From: a virus
Taxonomy: Duplodnaviria > Caudoviricetes
Direction: 5' to 3' (one strand)
DNA: 52,593 bases
IMG/VR virus record: IMGVR_UViG_3300017747_004549
Span: 1 to 52,593 of that record
Each line of letters opens with the position of its first letter. Position 1 is the first letter of the stretch. This document shows, in pieces, positions 44,294 to 52,593 of the stretch. A program made the translations under genes and the position numbers. The notes under the pieces are model-generated. The model had not been told where the DNA came from. It searched no databases and saw nothing but the letters and a program-made list of their open reading frames with translations.

Positions 44294-45991
44294 TCACTCG
44301 CTCCACCTGATCGCCATCGAGCTTGAATTCTGACATAGCAAAAGCGTTTCTTTCGCGCGAGTCATTGCGACATAAAAAGACCGATACAGGCTGTTCGGAT
44401 TGTGCCCGAATGTTTCGCAACCCTCCGGCGACAGATCCGGGAACAGCAACACAACGTCGGCCTCTCCGCCCTTGACGCTATGAATTGTCCCCAGGATTAG
44501 CCTGGGTTTTTCAGTCAGCCCGCGCGGCCCCTTCCGGCCGATAACCGCGAAGGGAAAATCGAAAGCTTTCTTTCGCGATCCGTTCAGCCGGGCCCGATAC
44601 CACCCCAGCGGATCCCCAGTTAGCGCCGCCAGCTCCGATAAGCCGGTTTCGGGATGCAAGAGCGGCCGGAGCTGAGCAACATCGACCACCGCTTCACCGC
44701 GGGACGTTGCCAGGGCTGCCAGTTGTTTTTTTGCCCCTCGCGCCATGAACCCGTCCAGCGTCAGCGGATCCGCCCAGCTTTCGAGCTCTTTCCACGTCCA
44801 CAGCCGCGCGGCGTCGCCGTAGAATTTTTCGCTGCAGCGCAGGAACGCCAGCAGCCGTTGCGGCGACGTGATCCCGTTTCTATCGGCCAGGGGATTGAAA
44901 TTACCGCGGTTTGGCGCGTAGGGATTGTGAAAAGGAATCCCGGCTTCGCGCAGGAACTTGACCAGCCCCGCGAGCATATATTCGCAGCTCGCCAGGATCA
45001 TTACCGATTTGCCGGCGTCGGCGAACTCCATCGCCTTCGCGACAATCTTGTGCTGATCCCTTACCCGGATCCACTCCCGGCGAACTTCGCCCGGCTCTTG
45101 CTTCGGTAGGTACTCCACAACCCGGCGATTCTCCACCCGCCCTATCATCCCCATCGCCGCGGCGTGAACCGCGATCGGCACCCGCCAGGATTGCTTCAAA
45201 ACAACGTAATGGGATTCGGGGATTTCCTGAGCATAGAAAGCTTCCGGCTCCGCCCCGCGAAACTCGTACAAATTCTGATCCGGATCCCCGCAGACGATCA
45301 GCCGGTCGACGCCGGCGGACCACTTGCGCACAAGCGACAATTCTAAGCGATCGTGATCCTGCGCCTCGTCAACAAAAATCACATCGGGATTGTAGGGCGC
45401 TGCCGGAACGTCGCGGAGGCATGTTTCGACCAGATCGGTAAAGTCGAACAAGCCGGCGAGCGTTTTCCATTCCCGAAACTTCTGGGCGAAAGCTTGTATC
45501 TCGACAGGCCAGAAAGAATCGGCGACCATCTTCGCCCGCAGCGCTGAGTAGGTCGCATAAGTCCCGTCCCCCATCCCCGCGCGTTGCCTACCCTCTTCGC
45601 TGGAACTCACGAACGCCGACGGGGACAATTCCCAGGCTGGATTTAGTTTTGCAACAAACTTGTTCCAGTCGTCGGTGTGCTCTTGCTTCGCAATCATTTG
45701 CGGAGCACCCAGGGAGCGAAAGCAATGGGCGTGGAGCGTCCCGACTTGCTCGTCGCTGAATGGATAACTAGGGGTCGAGCTGTCGAACTCGCCGTCGTCA
45801 TCCCCGACGGTATCGGCCGGGCGGAAATCCAGCCGGCCGGCGATTTCCGCCGCCGCGGCCTTGGTAAGCGACGTGATCAGCGGCCGCCGATTGTTCTCGA
45901 TCGCTCGCTTTACTTGTCGCGATAGATATTCGGTTTTGCCCGTTCCAGGCGGACCGATTACGCGAAACTCGTTTGATTCTTGTTCAGCCAT
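44294..45991 (-). CDS. UvrD/Rep-like SF1 helicase
   Basis: GPPGTGKT, FVDEAQD, GDPDQ, QSWR, TIHSVKGGE, YVAMTRA. Confidence 0.93.
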   Translation of the reverse strand: MAEQESNEFRVIGPPGTGKTEYLSRQVKRAIENNRRPLITSLTKAAAAEIAGRLDFRPADTVGDDDGEFDSSTPSYPFSDEQVGTLHAHCFRSLGAPQMIAKQEHTDDWNKFVAKLNPAWELSPSAFVSSSEEGRQRAGMGDGTYATYSALRAKMVADSFWPVEIQAFAQKFREWKTLAGLFDFTDLVETCLRDVPAAPYNPDVIFVDEAQDHDRLELSLVRKWSAGVDRLIVCGDPDQNLYEFRGAEPEAFYAQEIPESHYVVLKQSWRVPIAVHAAAMGMIGRVENRRVVEYLPKQEPGEVRREWIRVRDQHKIVAKAMEFADAGKSVMILASCEYMLAGLVKFLREAGIPFHNPYAPNRGNFNPLADRNGITSPQRLLAFLRCSEKFYGDAARLWTWKELESWADPLTLDGFMARGAKKQLAALATSRGEAVVDVAQLRPLLHPETGLSELAALTGDPLGWYRARLNGSRKKAFDFPFAVIGRKGPRGLTEKPRLILGTIHSVKGGEADVVLLFPDLSPEGCETFGHNPNSLYRSFYVAMTRAKETLLLCQNSSSMAIRWSE

Positions 45992-46076
45992 TTTTTAACC
46001 AGTGCAAAACTTTCCGGCGATCGAAAAACCACCCAACCGGGGGCTGTCGCGAGCTCGCCGGCCGAAAATCAGCTCC

Positions 46077-46205
46077 AAAGTAACGGCTAGCCGTTACTAT
46101 CTCTCCGCGCAAGTCCTTATGGGGCCTCATGTAGTAACAAGTAAAGTAACGGGGGGGTCGAGTTGCTTTTTAGATTGCCTGGGGGGTCGCACGTGTACTA
46201 TTACT
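46077..46205. other. Putative replication origin (dispersed element, copy B)
   Basis: At the 3' end of the primase gene; perfect palindrome AGTAACGGCTAGCCGTTACT at 46079-46098; AGTAA repeats. Confidence 0.55.
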
Positions 46206-47993
46206 GCGGCGCAAGTCGGCGTCACGGACCGGCGTCTTGTCGGGGGCGTCGGCGATGCAAAAACCTTCGGCGCTGTTCGCCCAGTAGCTCCGCGAAGTCT
46301 TCCGGCTTGGTATCTGGATCGTCACTTGCACGAACCCGCTTTGCTTTAGACCAACATACAGATCAGCGCCGGCAACCCCGCGATCGATTTCGCTAGCTAG
46401 CCGCTTTAGCGCGGATCCCATCACGTGCAAGCGGCCGTCGCAAATGAACGGCCGGCCGTTCATCGCGGCCTTGATCCGTCCGGTATCGTCTTCGACGTGA
46501 TACCCGCCGGAGTGCCGCGAAAGATGCTCTTCGATAATCGATCGAACTCGATCGCTGAGCTCCGCTTCCTGAACGTCGTGAAAATCCCGGATCGCGATCA
46601 GCCCGGAAACGATCGCGCCCCATTCTTTTTTGAGCTTGCCCGAAACAGCGACGAACCGGCCGGCTTCCGCCATTAACCGCTCGCACAGTCTTTGCGGGCT
46701 CGAATGGATCGCCCCGGCGTTGCCGATGATGATTTCCAGTACCTTGTCGTGCTGTTTGATCAGCAAGCTATACAGCTCTTCACGCCGGCCCGTCTGCCGG
46801 AACCCAACCACTTGAACGCCCAGGAAGCTACTCACATTCTCTAAGACGATCGCGCGACTCACGTCCCGGCCCTCGCGATCCGCCGCGCGGACCTCGACAG
46901 CTAGTTGATCTATCGCCTGATCGTTTTTGGCGGCGCTGGCATCGACCACCCGCTTGTCGTGAGCCTTGCCAACCGTGAGCTTCAAATAATCTTGAACCCC
47001 GTTAGTCACTCGCAACAGCTTTTCGACGTGATCGGGAAACTTGTCGCGAGCGAACGCGACCAGCAGCGCCGCGGCTTCCTGGTCGGTCCAGCCGGCATTG
47101 ATCGCATAGTTGGCGAGGGCCATATCGTATTCCGACGGGCTCGCCTTGCTTTCCTTCCCCTGAAACAGCTTGCAGAATTCCGGGCTTGCCGCCATCAGAT
47201 TAGAAAGCTTCACCGCGGGGGGCTCGCTTGTCGCCGTCGCGTATGTTGCCACGGCCGGAGCTGCCGGCGTCGCTGGCTTCGCCTTCTTAGGGGCCCCGGG
47301 CGTCGCGGCGGGCTGCAAGAGGGATCCCGTCTGAACGTACCCCTCGATCGCCTCGAACGTATAGCGGACCAGCTCGCCGGCCTTAGCGGGCGGATCGACG
47401 GCAACCAGCCGGCCCGGATGCTTCGTATGGGGCGTGCCGGGGATCCGGAGCACTCGCGCCAGGTCGAACGTTGAATCTAGCCCGTACCCGCCCAGCTTGA
47501 GAAGCTTCGTTTTTAGCATCCCCTGCCAAGCTTTCACCAGCTCGCCGGCTCGCGCCCGATCGTCGTCGCTTGTGATCGGGAACGGCTTATCAAACAACCA
47601 ATAAACATGCACCCCGCCGCCAGTGACAACCCGAAGCGTGGGCGGCGCTGGCATCGCCGCAATTACCCGCTCGACAACGTCCGCCGGCGGATAGTTTTTT
47701 TTGGCGTTTGGCTTCCCTTCGTTTGGCTTGGTCGCGTAGTCGATATCGGCCCACACGCCCGGCACACTGGAAACGTCCGCGATGGATCCGCGGCCGGCGG
47801 CCGGCTTGCCCATCAGGCAAACAGAGTAGTAAGCATCGAACGGGCCAGCGGCCGCCGCCGCCGCGAACTTGTCGACGGCCTTATCGTCGCCGGGCTTCGC
47901 CCAGATCGTCGCTTTTGTATCGGATCGCCAGAGAGCAACGACGCCCTCTTGATCCGCGCCAAACATGGCGCGCAGAAATTCCGCCGGCTTCAT
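46170..47993 (-). CDS. AEP (RepB'-type) primase-domain replication protein
   Basis: WADID, TGGGVHVYW, D..RVLRIPGT..K; S.SEYD.ALA helical domain. Confidence 0.85.
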   Translation of the reverse strand: MKPAEFLRAMFGADQEGVVALWRSDTKATIWAKPGDDKAVDKFAAAAAAGPFDAYYSVCLMGKPAAGRGSIADVSSVPGVWADIDYATKPNEGKPNAKKNYPPADVVERVIAAMPAPPTLRVVTGGGVHVYWLFDKPFPITSDDDRARAGELVKAWQGMLKTKLLKLGGYGLDSTFDLARVLRIPGTPHTKHPGRLVAVDPPAKAGELVRYTFEAIEGYVQTGSLLQPAATPGAPKKAKPATPAAPAVATYATATSEPPAVKLSNLMAASPEFCKLFQGKESKASPSEYDMALANYAINAGWTDQEAAALLVAFARDKFPDHVEKLLRVTNGVQDYLKLTVGKAHDKRVVDASAAKNDQAIDQLAVEVRAADREGRDVSRAIVLENVSSFLGVQVVGFRQTGRREELYSLLIKQHDKVLEIIIGNAGAIHSSPQRLCERLMAEAGRFVAVSGKLKKEWGAIVSGLIAIRDFHDVQEAELSDRVRSIIEEHLSRHSGGYHVEDDTGRIKAAMNGRPFICDGRLHVMGSALKRLASEIDRGVAGADLYVGLKQSGFVQVTIQIPSRKTSRSYWANSAEGFCIADAPDKTPVRDADLRRSNSTRATPQAI

Positions 47994-48074
47994 GCGCTCG
48001 CCCCAATCGTCTAGCCAACCACGTAGACCCATCCGGCGGGCCACATACCCGCCGGAGTTGCTAGATCCGGCGGG

Positions 48075-48905
48075 CTACTCGACAACCGCGCCGTCCACCG
48101 TATCGGGCTCATCCTCCGGCAGCTCCGGCGCTTCGAGCTCTTCCTCTTCGTCGATGAAGTCGCCGGAAACTGGGGCCTTGCCGACAATTACTTTCTTGAG
48201 CGTTTCGGCATACTTCTGCAAGCCCTTTGCGGCTTCCGGCGAAATCGCCCCGACATATTCGGGGATCAGCTTAGAGTATGCGATTCCGTCGTTGTTCTTG
48301 TCCGCTTGCAGGCGCAACCGCAGAACGGCTTGAAACATATAAACCGGCAGCCGCATTAGCCACTGTTTGATCCCTTTGATCGACGCCGGCGGAGCCAGGA
48401 CGACAAGCGGCAGCCGATCTTCCGGCCGAATGATCAGCAAAACGCGCATCTCCCGGCATCGCTTGCCGCGGCCTTGCTTGCCGTTGGCGTTCACCGCGCT
48501 TCCGAACTGGTTAAACGGACAAGCCCCACAGTCGCCGCCTGGGGATCCGATCCCGATCAGCCCGTCGACGGAATAGCATTGCGGCGGGACGCCCGTCGGA
48601 TTCGGATCTTCCCAGTAGCTCCGGCGGATCCCGATATGCAAGACGATCCCCTCGATCGACTCCGCCGGCTTGATCCCTTCGAGCGTCGGGACGTTGAAAA
48701 ACATTCCGCCGCCGGCGGGGATCTTCACGCGATCCAGATCAAATTCGCTGATCTGTTCGCCTTGTAGATTGTAAATCATCGATTTTAGCGACGCGCTGTC
48801 GTTGATCAGCGCGTAATTGCTTGCGTCAATCATCGCGAGCGACCGGGATTCGGGGGCAACATTCGCGGGAGTTTGAGCGGCCGCGGCCGCAGTTTTCTTA
48901 GCCAT
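48075..48905 (-). CDS. Putative ssDNA-binding / replication protein
   Basis: P.CYS.DG..G, C..CP.NQFGS, GK.C; acidic C-terminus. Confidence 0.65.
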   Translation of the reverse strand: MAKKTAAAAAQTPANVAPESRSLAMIDASNYALINDSASLKSMIYNLQGEQISEFDLDRVKIPAGGGMFFNVPTLEGIKPAESIEGIVLHIGIRRSYWEDPNPTGVPPQCYSVDGLIGIGSPGGDCGACPFNQFGSAVNANGKQGRGKRCREMRVLLIIRPEDRLPLVVLAPPASIKGIKQWLMRLPVYMFQAVLRLRLQADKNNDGIAYSKLIPEYVGAISPEAAKGLQKYAETLKKVIVGKAPVSGDFIDEEEELEAPELPEDEPDTVDGAVVE

Positions 48906-48966
48906 TATTTCAACACCTTAAAAACGGAACAAAAAACGAAACAAGATACACGGTTTCAACGGGGAT

Positions 48967-49425
48967 TCACTTCACGGCCGGCGGATCGTCGACGACGCCT
49001 TCCATCTTGTCGTCGGCGTAATCGTCCGGCAGCCGGCGAGCGATCGCGCGGATCAGATCAGCCCGCTTAAGCCCGGCCGTTTCGGGCTCGCCGTCGATCG
49101 TCGCGATCTGCTTGCGGTGAATTTCCTTGAGCTCCGCAACGGACAGGGACGAAAGCCGGATTTTTTCGGGGGACGGACCGGGCCCGCGCGCTGCATCCTT
49201 GGGCGCGAGCTGATCGCGGCAAGCTTGCAAAATCAGATCCAGGGGGACCGCTCCGGCTTCCGCGCCTAAGTGCCGGAGCACGGCCGCCAGGGCTGAATCC
49301 AGATCGTCGGCAAGCGTAAAGTATTCCTTGGCCTTGAACTTGACGATCAGCAATTGCCGATCGTCGCCGGGCTTCACTTCCGCGACAGCTTCGGCGAGCG
49401 TAGAAAATAGGATCTTAGACGACAT
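48967..49425 (-). CDS. Hypothetical protein with a Rho N-terminal-like (HeH) C-domain
   Basis: LS.LSV.ELKEI...GLKRADLI.AI. Confidence 0.55.
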   Translation of the reverse strand: MSSKILFSTLAEAVAEVKPGDDRQLLIVKFKAKEYFTLADDLDSALAAVLRHLGAEAGAVPLDLILQACRDQLAPKDAARGPGPSPEKIRLSSLSVAELKEIHRKQIATIDGEPETAGLKRADLIRAIARRLPDDYADDKMEGVVDDPPAVK

Positions 49426-49463
49426 AGCAAAACCTTTATGAAAACGGGAACAGGCAGAAACCG

Positions 49464-50180
49464 CTAAGCGCTCCGCGCGCCCAGCTTGTATTGTTTTTCG
49501 ACGTACAGAACCGCGCGGAGCTCCGCCGGGATCCCGTCGATTACTTTCGCCAGGAGCTCCGGCCGATCGCCTTGATACCGATCGTCCAGACAGCCGGCCG
49601 GACAAGCCCGGCCCACAGCTTCGACGCCGTGAAATGTCGAACACTGGCGACAGTAAGCGCGATCGCCCAGGGCGTCAGCCAGTCCGGCCGTCGCCATGAA
49701 CTGCTTGACGGTAGCCTTGAGCGTGTTCGCGTTCACCGCTTGCCCGATCAGCTCCGGCATTTGAATAACCTTGAGCACGTCGGCAAGCTGTTCCGTGTCG
49801 ATCCCCTTCGCCTTGCTTACAATCCAGTCCTCCGCGACCGAAAATGTTTTTCGCGCGCCCGACTCGCCCGCGACAGTGAACCGCGGGACGCCGGCCGTGC
49901 GCATTGCTTCGAGCATCCACTCTTCGCGGTGTTTCATCTTGGCCTTGAGCTTGTCGGCTTTTGTTTCGAGCTCGTCGAGCTCTTCCATGAATCCGACATA
50001 TTCCCGCCCGACGCCGGTCAAGTCAGCGCCGGCCAGATTGGCGTCGCCGCCGGCAGCTTCCGGCCGGATCGCGTTTAGTTCGGCGTTTGCGTCGTCGATC
50101 GACTTCGCAAGCCGGGGATCCGCGGCCGCCGGGGATCCGCTGGGGCGGAGTGTCTTGACCGCCGTTGCTTTCTTTGCCAT
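49464..50180 (-). CDS. Replication-module coiled-coil protein with an inserted Cys cluster
   Basis: Coiled coil then VNANTLKA.VK; CRQC..CPAGC insert; AAAGGCTGAACAATG. Confidence 0.65.
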   Translation of the reverse strand: MAKKATAVKTLRPSGSPAAADPRLAKSIDDANAELNAIRPEAAGGDANLAGADLTGVGREYVGFMEELDELETKADKLKAKMKHREEWMLEAMRTAGVPRFTVAGESGARKTFSVAEDWIVSKAKGIDTEQLADVLKVIQMPELIGQAVNANTLKATVKQFMATAGLADALGDRAYCRQCSTFHGVEAVGRACPAGCLDDRYQGDRPELLAKVIDGIPAELRAVLYVEKQYKLGARSA

Positions 50181-50261
50181 TGTTCAGCCTTTCAGATTTT
50201 GCCCCGCGCCGAAACACGGGTCGGAAACTTACCACCCGCCGCAACGTGCGGCAAGTCGTCT

Positions 50262-50486
50262 TTACTCCACGCCAGTTGCGCAGGCTTCGCAGCGATCGAC
50301 GGCCGCGCCATGAACGCAGCGACGCGCAGCCGCGGCCGCCTGGGCGTTGGCGGCCTCGAGGAGCACTTGCGCCGCGAACTGCCCAATCGGCATCCCGGCC
50401 GCCCGGGCCATCTTGACAATCCGGCCGTGCAGCTCGCGCGCTAGATGGATCGTGAGAAACTTCGTTTTGCGGTTTGCTTGTCTCAT
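50262..50486 (-). CDS. Ribbon-helix-helix-like DNA-binding protein
   Basis: KFLTIHL..ELH.RI...A...GM.I..F...VL. Confidence 0.55.
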   Translation of the reverse strand: MRQANRKTKFLTIHLARELHGRIVKMARAAGMPIGQFAAQVLLEAANAQAAAAARRCVHGAAVDRCEACATGVE

Positions 50487-50824
50487 CGGGACAGCTCCGG
50501 CTTGTACTTGTTCAACAGATCGCGGATTACGTGAGCGACGCGCAGGCATCCGACTTGACAGAGCGGCATACCGTCAGCATCAACCACCCATTTGCCCTTG
50601 CTTTGCTGAGTCAAAAACTCGCCGAACATGAAAAATTTCCCGTCGGCGTCGCACTTCTGCGCAAGCCATTTGCAAAAATGCTGGGGATCCGCGACATAGA
50701 CCAGCGCGACAAGAGAATCCTCTTCCTTGAACGCGAACGGCCGGAGCGGTAACAGGGCTTCGTTATATTCGGGCCCCGGGACCGCCGCGCGGCAAGGATA
50801 AGCTATTTTGGCGATTGTGTTCAT
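50483..50824 (-). CDS. Hypothetical protein
   Basis: ATGA-coupled to the helicase and to the next gene. Confidence 0.6.
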   Translation of the reverse strand: MNTIAKIAYPCRAAVPGPEYNEALLPLRPFAFKEEDSLVALVYVADPQHFCKWLAQKCDADGKFFMFGEFLTQQSKGKWVVDADGMPLCQVGCLRVAHVIRDLLNKYKPELSR

Positions 50825-52593
50825 TCGTCTTCCGTCCATTGCCGGAGCGTCCCGGCGCTGATTGCTTCTGAAATGGAATCGACAACCCGCTTTCGCGCCG
50901 CCAGGGCTTGCCGGATCTTCCGGTCAACAGTCCGGCGGGCGATCAGATGATAAAACCGGACCGGGCGCGACTGCCCCGGGCGATTGAGCCGCGCGAGAAT
51001 TTGCTCGTAATTCCCCAGGCTGAACCCGATCGAATACATGAACGCGATACAGCTTCGCGTGAAGTCCACCCCGACGCCGCCGGATTGCTCCTGAACCGCG
51101 AAGACCGCGAACCCCTCCGGCAGCTTGCTTTCGCTGGTTAGATCTTTCCGCGTCCCGGAAACTTCACCGCAAGCAAACGGCCGCCATTCGCCGGCCGCGA
51201 TCAGCTTCGCCTTCTTGGCCTCGCGAGCTGCCGGCGTCATGTTCGCCGTACCGTTGCGCTCATTCTCGATTTTTTCGGCCACGCGCCGGACAGAATCTAA
51301 GTCATATCGGTACTTGCAGAACACGCAGACGGGCTCGCCCTCCGGCAGATCCCGCAAACGATCGGCCAGCAATGCTTCCTTCGCGTCGTTCAGAATTTCG
51401 ATCTTCGGCCGCGGCGTCGCCGTCGGGTCGAGCTCTTCGCCGATGGCCTCATCGAGCGGCAAAAATCCGCTTGTAATCTGCTGCGCCCGCAGGAGCTTAA
51501 CCAGGGCGTTGTCGACAGTGACAACGCCGCCGGCCGTGATCGTGCAAAACTCTTCCCAGAGCTCTTGGTAGATCGCTTGCGACTTTTTGGGAAGATCGAA
51601 CTCGATTTCAATATGCTGGACCGGCGGCAGATCGAGCACTTCGGACCCGATTACGATTGCTCCCGTATGGTATCGTTTGCGCAGATCCGCTTTCCTGCGC
51701 CACCCCAGGAACTCGCCGAATTGTCCCGTTATCGCATAGCGTTTCTTGAACGCGAAAAAATTGTCCCCGAAAATGCTGGGATCGACGAACCGGAACGGGC
51801 TGAACAGATCCGCCGGGCTGTGCGGCATGAACGTACCCGACAGCGCCAACCGCATATTCGACCGCAATCGCAGCTTGGCGATCAGCTTCCCAGTGACGCC
51901 GTCGGGATTTTTCGCGCGGTGCGCTTCGTCGCAGATAACGGCGTCCCATTGTTGCAGCAGCGCCCAGGCGCTGAACTCCGGCCGGATCGCGCTTTCATAG
52001 TTGATACACGTAACGAAATTGCGACCGGCCGCGGAAACGTACCCCGCCGCCATCGCGAACGCCGTCGCCCTCTCCCGTTTCTGTTTGACTGTCATTCGAT
52101 CATCCAGGATCAGCACGTCGCATTGTGGGCCATGCTGCCGGAACTGTCCCCGCCACACGCCGAGCACCGTCGCCGGGCAGAGAATCAGGACGCGCCGGGC
52201 GTTGGCGTTCACGATGGCATCGATAGCAACCTTGCTCTTGCCCGTCCCCATTCCCATTGCTAGCCCGGCTCGCCAGTTGCGCCGCCGGGCGAAATGGTAG
52301 CCCCTGAGCTGATGGTGCCACTGATCGAAAACCCGCCGCTCCGGCTGCAAGAGCTCGCCGGCTTCGAGCGCGCTGGACGCCGCGAAAAAATCCGAATCGT
52401 CGATCGTGCCGACCAGCGCCCGCAGCTCCGGCGAGCAATCAACGGGCATCGGCGCAGACAGCAGCAGCCGGGCGGCGCTTTCCTTGCTCGCCGGCATTGT
52501 GTAAGCCCAAGCGCCCGGCGGCCACGCCGCGAACGTCGGCTGCCACTGCGCGCCGGTTTCCTCATCCGCCCATTCGCGCAGCCCCTCGCAGAA
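50821..52593 (-). CDS. SNF2-family (SF2) helicase; true start at 180 across the junction, about 609 aa
   Basis: MGMGTGKS, INYE, CDEAH, LSGT, GGVGVDF, Q...RLNRPGQ. Confidence 0.93.
   Translation of the reverse strand, partial: FCEGLREWADEETGAQWQPTFAAWPPGAWAYTMPASKESAARLLLSAPMPVDCSPELRALVGTIDDSDFFAASSALEAGELLQPERRVFDQWHHQLRGYHFARRRNWRAGLAMGMGTGKSKVAIDAIVNANARRVLILCPATVLGVWRGQFRQHGPQCDVLILDDRMTVKQKRERATAFAMAAGYVSAAGRNFVTCINYESAIRPEFSAWALLQQWDAVICDEAHRAKNPDGVTGKLIAKLRLRSNMRLALSGTFMPHSPADLFSPFRFVDPSIFGDNFFAFKKRYAITGQFGEFLGWRRKADLRKRYHTGAIVIGSEVLDLPPVQHIEIEFDLPKKSQAIYQELWEEFCTITAGGVVTVDNALVKLLRAQQITSGFLPLDEAIGEELDPTATPRPKIEILNDAKEALLADRLRDLPEGEPVCVFCKYRYDLDSVRRVAEKIENERNGTANMTPAAREAKKAKLIAAGEWRPFACGEVSGTRKDLTSESKLPEGFAVFAVQEQSGGVGVDFTRSCIAFMYSIGFSLGNYEQILARLNRPGQSRPVRFYHLIARRTVDRKIRQALAARKRVVDSISEAISAGTLRQWTEDE
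52471..52593. repeat. Terminal direct repeat, copy 2
   Basis: Identical to 1-123. Confidence 0.97.

Overview
This window is a complete circular tailed-phage genome of about 52,470 bp. Bases 1-123 repeat exactly at 52471-52593, and the SNF2 helicase gene reads through that junction. It is GC-rich and almost entirely encoded on the minus strand. It carries Mu/lambda-like head genes (terminase, portal, protease-scaffold, decoration, major capsid, MuF), a sheathless tail, and a replication module (AEP primase, SF1 and SF2 helicases, SSB-like protein, VRR-NUC, HNH), plus two DNA methyltransferases. I recognised no DNA polymerase, integrase or muralytic endolysin. A Planctomycetota host is inferred, not shown. 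Five features stand out. (1) Nine repeated sigma70 promoter cassettes, each with a TCCCGA-N5-TCGGGA palindrome and an AAGGGCTGAA start-associated motif, drive small accessory genes. (2) Six of those cassettes carry a covarying stem/UUCCG-bulge/stem 5' leader RNA. (3) A putative lysis module is built from a membrane-anchored papain-like peptidase, an exported thioredoxin and membrane proteins. (4) An origin-like element of about 130 bp occurs twice with identical internal spacing. (5) The portal has a C-terminal cargo behind putative Q-[FLM]-[SA] maturation sites. All family calls come from motif recognition by eye; no database searches were run.
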